A stretch of DNA of 64,000 nucleotides from an uncultured Candidatus Berkelbacteria bacterium. GTDB taxonomy: Bacteria; Patescibacteriota; UBA1384; UBA12157; JAENIV01. A model generated the notes under the pieces. It was not told where the DNA came from. It ran no database searches and worked only from the letters and a program-made list of their open reading frames with translations. The stretch's first letter is position 1. Each line of letters begins with the position of its first letter. The stretch spans positions 670,131-734,130 of the forward strand of contig OY969116.1 in the NCBI GenBank assembly GCA_963698075.1, written 5' to 3'. Shown here in pieces: positions 19,058 to 27,961 of this stretch. The position numbers and the translations under genes are program-made.

Positions 19058-20188
19058 ATGAAAGAGTCTACCCCTGCTTTGTTTTTGCCACTTGGCAGTC
19101 GAGACTGGATCGGACAAGACACTCCAAGACATCTTTTCCTCAGAAGCGTTGAGACAAAGCTCAAAGATCTAGGACTAAGACCGGGATGGGGATTCAGGGG
19201 CAACCAATTGCCAATCGACGGTTGGGCGGGTGATTGCGCCGAAGATGCCGTCTCGCGTGGCTGGTCACTGAATTGGCATCCAGGCTATGACGCTGCTTTT
19301 GGCATCGCTCTTAAAGGCGAACTGACACCGAAGCTAATCGAAATTGGCGAAATCGCTCGGCGTTTCAAAGAGACCTTTGATCTTGAAGCGCTAGTGATTC
19401 ACCCTGATGCTCTTCAGCTCGGTGGACCGGAAGACCCCAAGGCAGATCTCGAACGCTACAACTCAAAGCTAACGGCAGCTCAGGTTCTTCGTGGCATCAA
19501 AAACCATGTACCGGCACTGCGCGAACTCAATGAGATCTGCGGTGGGATACTTCTCATCGAGAATGTTCATACCTGCCTCTTCAATGAAAAGACGGCTGAT
19601 GAGCTACCAACCTATTATGCCGCCCAGCTTGGCCATCTGGATTTGGCTTGGATGGCCGAGCAAGCGGGAATCGGTACCGTCCTTGACTCCGAGCACTTCT
19701 TTGGAACCTTCAATTTTATCTACCGGCTGCAGGATTTCTGGGATCCGGCGGAGCCGCCGCAAAAGAAGCTAACCCCCGTCCAAGCCGAGTTAGCCAACAT
19801 CGCTGGGTACTATGTTTATGAGAACGATGCTCCGTGGGGCACCCTGCCCATGAACTTCTTCCCTCAGTATCTTGAGCTGCTCAAGCCAAGACTATTCCAT
19901 CTTGGCGGCTCATTGCGGCTGGTTGATGAGCATGGCCGGGTTAACACCCACATCGAGACCAATACCCTTGATCCAAGTCAAAGACTAGTTCTTTTGCTCC
20001 AACTGGACTACATGAGAAAGCATGGCGGCCTTGGTGCTGAAGTCGAAGTTGATTCCCGGCCGGGCTGGTCTGAACCACGCTCGGCCGACGGCAATGTGGC
20101 CAAGTTGCGGGAATACCTGACCATTATGGACGCCTACGAGAAACTCCAGAAGGGGGTTTGGAAGGTCGATCCCAGCATCAAGCTCTAA
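19058..20188 (+). CDS. TIM-barrel metalloprotein, copy 3 (GC-richer)
   Basis: NWH...VIH...IEN...DSEH...FHL...NTH...VE; start 19058 or 19022. Confidence 0.75.
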   Translation: MKESTPALFLPLGSRDWIGQDTPRHLFLRSVETKLKDLGLRPGWGFRGNQLPIDGWAGDCAEDAVSRGWSLNWHPGYDAAFGIALKGELTPKLIEIGEIARRFKETFDLEALVIHPDALQLGGPEDPKADLERYNSKLTAAQVLRGIKNHVPALRELNEICGGILLIENVHTCLFNEKTADELPTYYAAQLGHLDLAWMAEQAGIGTVLDSEHFFGTFNFIYRLQDFWDPAEPPQKKLTPVQAELANIAGYYVYENDAPWGTLPMNFFPQYLELLKPRLFHLGGSLRLVDEHGRVNTHIETNTLDPSQRLVLLLQLDYMRKHGGLGAEVEVDSRPGWSEPRSADGNVAKLREYLTIMDAYEKLQKGVWKVDPSIKL

Positions 20189-20203
20189 CTACGACCTGAT
20201 TCC

Positions 20204-20233
20204 GGGCCCCGCTCAGCGGAGCCCTTTCTTTTT
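20204..20233 (+). terminator. Intrinsic terminator
   Basis: gggc-c-ccgc-tca-gcgg-a-gccc followed by tttcttttt. Confidence 0.75.
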
Positions 20234-20271
20234 ATCTAAAAATCCCTGTAAGATAATTTTGGAGGAGCTAA

Positions 20272-21156
20272 ATGCCTTGGTTTTTTTATTCCTTGCTGGG
20301 TTTTGCCTTAAGTCCGGGCTATTCCTTGACCCAGAAATGGGCTCTCAATTTGAAGATCAATAAAACCAAGCTTTTAACTTATACTTTTTTAGGCCTGCTA
20401 GTTTGTTATTTAATTTATAATCTTCTCAGTGATCCTCAAACTCTTTGGCTCAAAATTCAATCACCCAGCTTTCATCTCTGGGGCTTGCTGGCCGCTGCCC
20501 TCTCGCTGGCAGGCAATATTTTCTCCACCAATGCGGTTGAAAAAAGTCCCAACCCAGGTTATGTTCAGGCCGTTACCTCAACCAATGCTTTGTTAGTTCT
20601 CCTCATTTCCATTATTCTTTTTCGCTCGCCGATTACTTGGTTGAAGTTCCTCGGCGTGCTGGTAATCATTTTAGGCCTCGGTTTAATCCTGATCACTAAA
20701 CGAGAGAAGAAAAAACTTGCCCATTGGCAATTATCGGCTGTCGTTGCCATGTTAAGTTTCGGCGCCATGTTTTTAGTCGTCAAAGAGATGGCTAATCTGG
20801 GGATAAATTCGGCCGAGATTCTCTTAATTTTATTTTTTTATGCCTCAATTGGGTTTTTGATTTTAAGTCATTTTCAAAGAATAAGTCTCGGTCTTGAGAA
20901 TACCCCTCGACGAGTGATCGTGCCCATTGCTCTCTTAATTCTGGTTTCCTTTTTTACCAATTTATTCAACTTTATGGCTATCAAATTAGTGAGCAATCCC
21001 GGCTATTCAACCGCCATTTTTAACTCGGCGGTGATATTGACGCTCTTGCTTTCGCCCCTGGTATTTCCCAAAAGTGCTGGAGGGGAATTCAACGCCCGAA
21101 AATGGCTGGGGGTGGCGGTTACGGTTGGCGGAATTCTTCTTATTGTTTTGGGTTAG
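20272..21156 (+). CDS. EamA/DMT family transporter
   Basis: 10 TM helices in two repeats, each with NPGY. Confidence 0.85.
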   Translation: MPWFFYSLLGFALSPGYSLTQKWALNLKINKTKLLTYTFLGLLVCYLIYNLLSDPQTLWLKIQSPSFHLWGLLAAALSLAGNIFSTNAVEKSPNPGYVQAVTSTNALLVLLISIILFRSPITWLKFLGVLVIILGLGLILITKREKKKLAHWQLSAVVAMLSFGAMFLVVKEMANLGINSAEILLILFFYASIGFLILSHFQRISLGLENTPRRVIVPIALLILVSFFTNLFNFMAIKLVSNPGYSTAIFNSAVILTLLLSPLVFPKSAGGEFNARKWLGVAVTVGGILLIVLG

Positions 21157-21279
21157 AATTATCCCCCTCTTGACATTTCTTGACGAATAATTTAAATTCT
21201 GCGACGCTGAGGACAGCAAATTCGTTTAAGAAAATATTGAGCTCATAACAATTACATTTAAAGATTCATAGGAGGCGAA

Positions 21280-22254
21280 GTGAAATTAAACGCAGCAGTT
21301 ATTGGTGTTGGCAATATGGGCCGTCATCATGCCCGTAATTATCATGAAATTCCTGGGGTATGTTTGGCAGCGATCGCTGACAGCGATCAAAAAATCGCCA
21401 GAGAAATCGCTGATAAATACGACGCCCGGGCCTATAGCGATTATCACCAAATGCTTGAAACCGAAAAATTAGATGTCGTTTCCATTGCCGTGCCCACCGA
21501 GCTCCATAAAAAAATCGCCATCGATTGTATTACCAAAGGTATCCATATCTTGATCGAAAAACCCATTGCCGCCACGGTCTCCGAGGCTAAAGAGATTGTT
21601 CAGAAGGCCAAAAATAAAGGCATTAAATTTACGGTCGGCCACATTGAACGTTTCAATCCTGCAGTCCTAAAGCTTAAGGAGATGATTGAGGCGGGAAAAC
21701 TAGGCGAAATTGTCACTATTGCCACCTTCCGTTTGGGACCGACCCCGACGCAAATCAGAGATGCCAACGTCGTCATTGATATTGCCGTCCATGACATTGA
21801 TATTATGAACTGGCTTTTTGGCAAGTTACCCCAAAAGATCACCGCTTATGGGGGAAATGCCTTACACCGAACCAAAGAAGATCATGTCGAAGCCTTTTTA
21901 AACTATGGCCAGGGAACTGGACTTTTAGTTGCCAACTGGATAACTCCTCTCAAAGTCAGGAAACTGACAGTCTCGGGTAAAAAAGCTTACGTGGAACTCA
22001 ATTACATTACCCAGGAGCTTGATTATTATGAAACCAATATTATGCCAGTTTATGATGACTTTGGTGATTTTTTAATTAAGTTCGGCGAAGCCCAGGATAA
22101 AAAAGTCATCACTGTCAAAAATATTGAGCCGCTCAGGGCAGAAATCTTAGCTTTTATTGATTGCATTAAAAAAGATTGTCGACCGATGGTCACGGCCCGC
22201 GAAGCGATTGAGGCTTTAGACATTGCCCATAAGATTAATAGATTAATTAAATAA
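21280..22254 (+). CDS. Gfo/Idh/MocA oxidoreductase (WbpB/WlbA-like 3-dehydrogenase)
   Basis: IGVGNMG, EKP, VGHIERFNPA, DIAVHDID; adjacent to WbpD/E-like genes. Confidence 0.9.
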   Translation: MKLNAAVIGVGNMGRHHARNYHEIPGVCLAAIADSDQKIAREIADKYDARAYSDYHQMLETEKLDVVSIAVPTELHKKIAIDCITKGIHILIEKPIAATVSEAKEIVQKAKNKGIKFTVGHIERFNPAVLKLKEMIEAGKLGEIVTIATFRLGPTPTQIRDANVVIDIAVHDIDIMNWLFGKLPQKITAYGGNALHRTKEDHVEAFLNYGQGTGLLVANWITPLKVRKLTVSGKKAYVELNYITQELDYYETNIMPVYDDFGDFLIKFGEAQDKKVITVKNIEPLRAEILAFIDCIKKDCRPMVTAREAIEALDIAHKINRLIK

Positions 22255-22935
22255 ATGCCAGTCAAAAAAAGACTCAAAAAATTAAAAAAACCATCCAAGC
22301 CGCGTTTTTTTGCCCATAAAAGCGCTGTCATCGAAGATAATGTTAGTGTGGGAGAAGGTTCAAAGATTTGGCATTTCGCTCATGTCCGGCACGGCACCAA
22401 AATCGGCATAAACTGTGTCATTGCCAAATCAGTTTTCATCGATTTTAAATCAGAAATAGGCGATAATGTTAAAATCCAAAACCACGCGATTATTTATCAT
22501 AAGGCCATGATTGAGGATGGTGTTTTTATCGGTCCCAATGTCTGTTTTACCAATGATAAAATTCCTCGAGCTATTAATCCTGACGGCACCCCCAAAAAAG
22601 CAGGCGATTGGCAGGTGACGACCATTCATATCGGTCAAGGTGCCTCAATTGGAGCGCATTCAGTTATTCTGCCAGGGGTGCAAATTGGTGAATTCGCCTT
22701 GGTCGGCTCGGGTTCAGTGGTGACTAAAAATGTTCCTGATTTTGCGCTTGCCTTTGGCAACCCCGCCCGCATAAGAGGATTTGTCTGTCGCTGCGGCCGA
22801 AAAATTAAAGAATTTATTGAGACTGACACTGTTATCGTTGGCAAATGTCATTGCGGACTCAATATTCAAGTCGATCGTCAATCTTTCCAACAACTTAAAT
22901 CGGAAGAACCCAAAAAGAGAATTTGGTTAAGATAA
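22255..22935 (+). CDS. Hexapeptide N-acetyltransferase (WbpD/WlbB-like) with C-terminal Cys ribbon
   Basis: KIWHFAH, VKIQN, FIGPNVCFTND, GNPAR, CRCG...CHCG. Confidence 0.9.
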   Translation: MPVKKRLKKLKKPSKPRFFAHKSAVIEDNVSVGEGSKIWHFAHVRHGTKIGINCVIAKSVFIDFKSEIGDNVKIQNHAIIYHKAMIEDGVFIGPNVCFTNDKIPRAINPDGTPKKAGDWQVTTIHIGQGASIGAHSVILPGVQIGEFALVGSGSVVTKNVPDFALAFGNPARIRGFVCRCGRKIKEFIETDTVIVGKCHCGLNIQVDRQSFQQLKSEEPKKRIWLR

Positions 22936-23687
22936 TGGAATATCTTCAATCTGCTTGGAAAATTAAGATTCCTAAAGTTCAAAGAGATGACGTGTCGTCT
23001 AAAAATTACATTGCGGTCGCTTTGTCTTTACCACCCGCTTATTACAGAAAACGTCTTAAAAAAATTGGTTTTTGGGGAAAGGACACTGAATTATTAGATG
23101 CCGGTTGCGGCGCCGGTCATTGGGCAATTGCCGCCTCGTATCTTAATGAGAAAGTCAGCGGGATTGATTTGACGGAAAATTATCTAAACATTGCCAAAAA
23201 AATTAATGGCCAATTCAAGCGAAAAAATCTTCATTTAAAACTTGGCCGACTGGAAAATTTGCCCGATCCCGATTGCTCCTTTGATTTTATCCTCTGTTAC
23301 AACGCCTGGATGTATACCAACCGCCCAGAAAGTTTGCAAGAAATGACTCGAGTTTTAAAGCCGGGAGGGAAAATTTATTTAGGTTGTATCGCTGGTCTTG
23401 GCTGGTATTTATATCTCTTGAGCCATGGATTCAAAAAGAATAAACGCTCTTTAATTTTTGATTCTCTGAAGGCGATTAAAAGAAAAGTCTACACCACCGA
23501 ACAAGAAACAAAAAAGCTGCTAAAAAAACAAGGTTTAAAAATTCTGGGAATCGGGGCTGATGGTCAATTAGGCGATCCAAAAATCAAAGTTACCCCCGTC
23601 GGCCCAGCTAAAAAGTTTGGTTTTTGGAATGTTTATGAAGTCTTGGCCGAGAAGCCAAAATTATCGAAGGGAATGAATGAAAATTAA
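22935..23687 (+). CDS. Class I SAM-dependent methyltransferase
   Basis: LDAGCGAG, RVLKPGG; TAATG coupling at 22933-22937. Confidence 0.9.
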   Translation: MEYLQSAWKIKIPKVQRDDVSSKNYIAVALSLPPAYYRKRLKKIGFWGKDTELLDAGCGAGHWAIAASYLNEKVSGIDLTENYLNIAKKINGQFKRKNLHLKLGRLENLPDPDCSFDFILCYNAWMYTNRPESLQEMTRVLKPGGKIYLGCIAGLGWYLYLLSHGFKKNKRSLIFDSLKAIKRKVYTTEQETKKLLKKQGLKILGIGADGQLGDPKIKVTPVGPAKKFGFWNVYEVLAEKPKLSKGMNEN

Positions 23688-24801
23688 CATTGCCTCTCCT
23701 CAAATTGGTCAAGAAGAAATTAAAGCTGTTGTTGAGGTCCTTAAATCCGGCATGTTGGCTCAAGGACCCAAAGTCGCGGAATTTGAAAGAAATTTCGCCC
23801 GTTTTATTGGTACCAAATATGCCGTTGCCACTTCTTCCGGCACAACGGCTTTACATGTGGCCCTGCTGGCCCACGGCCTTGGCCCAGGTGATGAAGTTAT
23901 TACCTCACCCTTTACTTTCATCGCCACCGCCAATTCGATTCTTTATACTGGCGCTCGGCCGGTTTTTGCCGACATCGACGAAAGAACTAATAATGCGTAT
24001 AATATCGACCCAGAAAAGATCGAAAAATTAATTAATAAGAAAACTCGAGCCATCATACCAGTTCATCTTTACGGGGCTGCTTGCGACATGACGAGGATTA
24101 TGGCGATCGCCAGAAAGCACAAACTGATAGTTATTGAAGACGCCTGTCAAGCTCATGGCGCCAAGTGGAAAGACAAAAAAGTCGGTTCCTTCGGCACTGG
24201 AACCTTTTCTTTGTATCCGACTAAGAATATGACGACCGGTGAGGGCGGGATGATCACCACCAATTCACGAACAATCTATGAAAAAGCCAATTTAATCCGG
24301 GCCCATGGGTCCCGGGTTCGTTACTATCATGAAGTTTTAGGTTATAATTTTCGGATGACTGATCTTGAGGCGGCTATTGGTATTGAACAACTCAAAAAAT
24401 TGCCAAAACTTAACCGCTTACGTCAAAAAAACGCCGCTTATTTATCAAAGAATTTAGCCAAGATTCACGGTATTATTATTCCAGCTCCTGATAATAATGC
24501 TAACCATGTTTTGCATGCGTGGCATCAATATACCATTCGGATAACTCCGGAATTTGGTCTTTCCCGCGATGCATTTTTAGCTAAATTAACCGAAAGCTCC
24601 ATTGGCACTGCTGTCTTTTATCCCTTGCCGATTAACGAGCAGAAGTTGTATCAAGACTTGGGTTTTAAACCCAATACGCCCGTTGCCGCCAAAGTCGCCA
24701 AAGAAGTCATATCTTTACCTGTTCATCCCGGATTAAAGAAAAGAGATTTAGATTATATCATCAAAACTATCCGAAGCCTGGCGGCAAAAAATGCCCACTA
24801 A
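23677..24801 (+). CDS. DegT/DnrJ/EryC1/StrS aminotransferase (WbpE/WlbC-like)
   Basis: SSGTTALH, IEDACQAHG, FSLYPTKN, GEGG. Confidence 0.95.
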   Translation: MKINIASPQIGQEEIKAVVEVLKSGMLAQGPKVAEFERNFARFIGTKYAVATSSGTTALHVALLAHGLGPGDEVITSPFTFIATANSILYTGARPVFADIDERTNNAYNIDPEKIEKLINKKTRAIIPVHLYGAACDMTRIMAIARKHKLIVIEDACQAHGAKWKDKKVGSFGTGTFSLYPTKNMTTGEGGMITTNSRTIYEKANLIRAHGSRVRYYHEVLGYNFRMTDLEAAIGIEQLKKLPKLNRLRQKNAAYLSKNLAKIHGIIIPAPDNNANHVLHAWHQYTIRITPEFGLSRDAFLAKLTESSIGTAVFYPLPINEQKLYQDLGFKPNTPVAAKVAKEVISLPVHPGLKKRDLDYIIKTIRSLAAKNAH

Positions 24802-25468
24802 CATGATTGGCTTATCTTTTGATACTGATTGGCAAGATGGGGAAATTTTGAAAGTTACCCTTGATCTTTTAAAAACCCATCAGGTCAAAGCCACCTTTTT
24901 TATGACAGGCAAAACCAAGCTGAAAATCAGAGGGCATGAGTTAGCCATCCATCCTTATTTCGAGGGTAAAAATTCCTTCCAATCGACGATTAATAAATTA
25001 TTAACAATGTTTCCCCAAGCCAAAGGATTGCGCTCTCACCATCTCCATATTGATTATGATATCTTATCCTACCTGGAGACGAAAAAATTTCTCTACGACA
25101 GCAACTATTTAATGTACCTTCAAGAAAACATCCGCGCCTTTCGAATTAATAATTTTTATGAATTACCAATTTATTACATGGATTTTTATCAGATTTTAAC
25201 GACAAAAAATCCCCAATTTAAGCTGGCATATCTCAAACTTAATCGGCCGGGCTTAAAAATATTGGCTTTTCATCCTATTCATGTTTATTTAAACACCCAT
25301 AATTTGAATGATTATTTGCAATATAAAAGAGATAAAGATCATACCGCCCATTATATCAATCGAAACCAACTCGGGATCCAAACGCTCTTTTTAGAATTAT
25401 TAGCTTATTTGAAGAAAACCAATCAGAAAGATTGTCAATTAAAAAGGATTGCCAATGCCTACTCTTAA
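24791..25468 (+). CDS. Polysaccharide deacetylase, WbmS-like
   Basis: SFDTDW, ATFF, HELAIHP, RSH, YDSN, FHPIH. Confidence 0.8.
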   Translation: MPTNMIGLSFDTDWQDGEILKVTLDLLKTHQVKATFFMTGKTKLKIRGHELAIHPYFEGKNSFQSTINKLLTMFPQAKGLRSHHLHIDYDILSYLETKKFLYDSNYLMYLQENIRAFRINNFYELPIYYMDFYQILTTKNPQFKLAYLKLNRPGLKILAFHPIHVYLNTHNLNDYLQYKRDKDHTAHYINRNQLGIQTLFLELLAYLKKTNQKDCQLKRIANAYS

Positions 25469-26450
25469 AAACAAAAATATTTTAGTCACTGGCGGCGCCG
25501 GTTTTATTGGCAGCCATTTGGTAGATAAATTGATTTTAGAAAAACCGGCCAAAATTGTGGTGGTGGACAATTTTTTCTTAGGTAAGATGGAAAATCTGAA
25601 TAAGGCACGAAAAAATTTTAAAAACCTGCCGGCAGGCAGGCAGGGTCTAAAAATTATCAAACAAGACGCGACCGAATTCGAGCCAATAAAAAAGATAATT
25701 TCTCGAGAAAAAATTAACGTTGTTTTTAATCTAGCGACCAAAGCCCTGGAACATTCTTTCGTTGATCCTGACGACGCTTATATGGTTAATGTCAACATAG
25801 CCAGCGTCCTTCTTCGACTTTTGCATCAAAAAAAATATCAGACCCTCATTCATTGTTCTTCGTCTGAAGCTTATGGCACAGCGCAAAAAATCCCCATCAA
25901 TGAAAGACACCCACTCTGTCCCCAGACTCTCTATGCCGCCGGCAAAGCTGCCGCTGATTTGATGGTGATGTCCTATTATAAAACTTACAAATATGATTTG
26001 GCGATCGCCCGGCCTTTTAACACCTATGGCCCCCGACAAAATGAAGGCGTTTATGCTGCGGTCATTCCCATCACCATCAAAAGAATTCTATCTGGCAAAA
26101 GGCCAATTTTACACGGCGACGGCCAACAAACCCGCGATTTTATCTATGTCGATGACACTGCCAGGGGAATTATTGAAATCTATAAGCATCGCCAAACCCG
26201 AGGCAAAGCGATTAATATTGCTTATGGCCAGGAAATTAAAATTAAGGATTTAATTGCCATCATTATGAAAGAAATGGCTTACAAGGGAAAGGTTTGGCGA
26301 AAACCAAAGCGACCTGCTGACGTTTTGCGCCATCTGGCTGACAATAGATTGGCTAAAGAATTGATCGGGTTTTGGCCGGAATATAAATTTCAAGAAGGGA
26401 TGCAAGAGACTATTGATTGGTTTAGAGAAAAATCCAAGGATTCAAAATAA
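25455..26450 (+). CDS. NAD-dependent epimerase/dehydratase (SDR) carrying an LPAGRQ repeat insertion
   Basis: TGGAGFIG, SSSEAYG, YAAGK, RPFNTYGPRQ. Confidence 0.92.
   Translation: MPTLKNKNILVTGGAGFIGSHLVDKLILEKPAKIVVVDNFFLGKMENLNKARKNFKNLPAGRQGLKIIKQDATEFEPIKKIISREKINVVFNLATKALEHSFVDPDDAYMVNVNIASVLLRLLHQKKYQTLIHCSSSEAYGTAQKIPINERHPLCPQTLYAAGKAAADLMVMSYYKTYKYDLAIARPFNTYGPRQNEGVYAAVIPITIKRILSGKRPILHGDGQQTRDFIYVDDTARGIIEIYKHRQTRGKAINIAYGQEIKIKDLIAIIMKEMAYKGKVWRKPKRPADVLRHLADNRLAKELIGFWPEYKFQEGMQETIDWFREKSKDSK
25625..25644. repeat. Intragenic palindromic repeat (cctgccggcagg-cagg-cagg)
   Basis: Perfect 12-bp GC palindrome plus cagg repeats inside an AT-rich gene, read as LPAGRQG. Confidence 0.75.
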
Positions 26451-27427
26451 TGGCCAACTTAACTTTGAAAAAATATGAGCCGAATTTATTTGGGGCCTGG
26501 AATAAATTTGTCGAAACCTCGAATAATGGCACCATTTTTCACCGGCAAGATTTTCTTGCTTATCACGGCGATCGTTTTAAAAAGAATGAACACCATTTGG
26601 TCTGGTTTAAAGGTGATCAAATTTTTGCTTTAATGCCTTTAGGGATTTTTGAAGAAAAAGGCAAAAGAGTTGCCAAATCTCCCTTTGGCGCCAGTTGGGG
26701 CGGCTTGGTCATACCTTCGAAATTTAAGCTCAAATATGCTATGGGAATAGTTGAATCTTTGGTTGAATACCTTAAAAAAAGAAAAATTTCTGAATTTCTG
26801 GTCACGCCGACACCCGGTTGTTATTATCAAGAACTGAACAGCTATTTCGAGTTTGCTCTCACGGCTTTTGGTTCAAAATTAGTTAATCGGGATATCTTAA
26901 ATGTGACGAAAATCCCCGAAAAAGAAGACGAAATTTGGCAGGTCCCGGACCGAGAATGCCGCAATAAAATTAAAAATGCTCTAAGTGTTTTTAAAATAAA
27001 AGAAAATGTTTCAGCCAAAGATTTTTATCCGATCCTCTTGGCAGATAAAAGGCGCCATCACTCGGCGCCGACGCATTCTTTGGCAGATTTGGTATATTTA
27101 CAAAAAAACTTAAAAAATAAGATAAAATTTGATCTTGCTGTCAATATTGAAGACTACCAAGCCGGCATCTGTTATTTTATCGGCAATAAAAATTGCCAGA
27201 TGGCATTCTATATGTCTCAAGAGGATAAAGCCGTCGGTAAAAACGGGATTAATGCTCTGGTTTTCAAGGGTTTTAAAAATGCTGCCTGCGAAGGTTATCG
27301 GTTTATGGATTTCGGGATTTCTTCTATCAACAATCAAATATCAAATATAGGCTTAGTCGAATTTAAAGAAAGTCTTGGAGGGCATCACGGTTTTATAAGA
27401 GACACCTATCAATTAAAAATTAAATGA
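26450..27427 (+). CDS. GNAT/FemAB-like acyl- or aminoacyl-transferase
   Basis: WNKFV..SNNGTIFH..FLAYH, DFGISS, GLVEFKESLG. Confidence 0.75.
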   Translation: MANLTLKKYEPNLFGAWNKFVETSNNGTIFHRQDFLAYHGDRFKKNEHHLVWFKGDQIFALMPLGIFEEKGKRVAKSPFGASWGGLVIPSKFKLKYAMGIVESLVEYLKKRKISEFLVTPTPGCYYQELNSYFEFALTAFGSKLVNRDILNVTKIPEKEDEIWQVPDRECRNKIKNALSVFKIKENVSAKDFYPILLADKRRHHSAPTHSLADLVYLQKNLKNKIKFDLAVNIEDYQAGICYFIGNKNCQMAFYMSQEDKAVGKNGINALVFKGFKNAACEGYRFMDFGISSINNQISNIGLVEFKESLGGHHGFIRDTYQLKIK

Positions 27428-27945
27428 AAAAAAACAGAGCAAATGATTTTGAAGGTATGTTAGACAGCTGGTTAAAAACCAACCCAAAATTTTTTTCTAA
27501 AAGATTCAAAAGATTTTTGGCCATGTATTTTCCCGATGCCAGAATAAGAAGAAAATTTTGGCTTGAAACCAACGTCAAGTTGGGAGAAAATACCTATCTT
27601 AATCCTCAAGTTGTTGTAGCTGATGATTATCTAACCGGCAGATCGTTACTGAGAATCGGCAATAATTGTTCAATCGCTCCTGGCGTAGTTTTCGCGCCCG
27701 TTTCCACCCACAATAATTCAAAGATTTTAAGGAAAATGAGAATTTTAAAAAAATATGAGATTAAAAAACCGATCATTGTTGGCAATGATGTCTGGATTGG
27801 CGCCAACTCCACGATTATTGGGGGTGTCAAAATTGGCAACTGTTCGATTATTGGCGCCAATAGTTTCATCAACCGAAATATCCCCGATTATAGTTTGGCT
27901 TATGGCAGCCCGATAAGAATAATTAAAGATCTGCGAAAAAAATAA
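27424..27945 (+). CDS. Hexapeptide O-acyltransferase
   Basis: IGNNCSIAPGV, IVGNDVWIGA, IGANS. Confidence 0.88.
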   Translation: MKKNRANDFEGMLDSWLKTNPKFFSKRFKRFLAMYFPDARIRRKFWLETNVKLGENTYLNPQVVVADDYLTGRSLLRIGNNCSIAPGVVFAPVSTHNNSKILRKMRILKKYEIKKPIIVGNDVWIGANSTIIGGVKIGNCSIIGANSFINRNIPDYSLAYGSPIRIIKDLRKK

Positions 27946-27961
27946 ATCTCGATGAGGCAAA

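Noticed and set aside
14784-20188. RiPP cluster (DUF692/MNIO enzymes with the 78-aa protein as precursor)
   Set aside because: The barrels have DxEH (Nfo-like) rather than the DUF692 pattern as I recall it, and the small protein lacks a Cys-rich or repeated core; kept only as an alternative to test
17572-20233. Integron with attC cassettes
   Set aside because: No RYYYAAC...GTTRRRY pairs with attC-type stems and no integron integrase in the window; the hairpins have U-tracts like terminators
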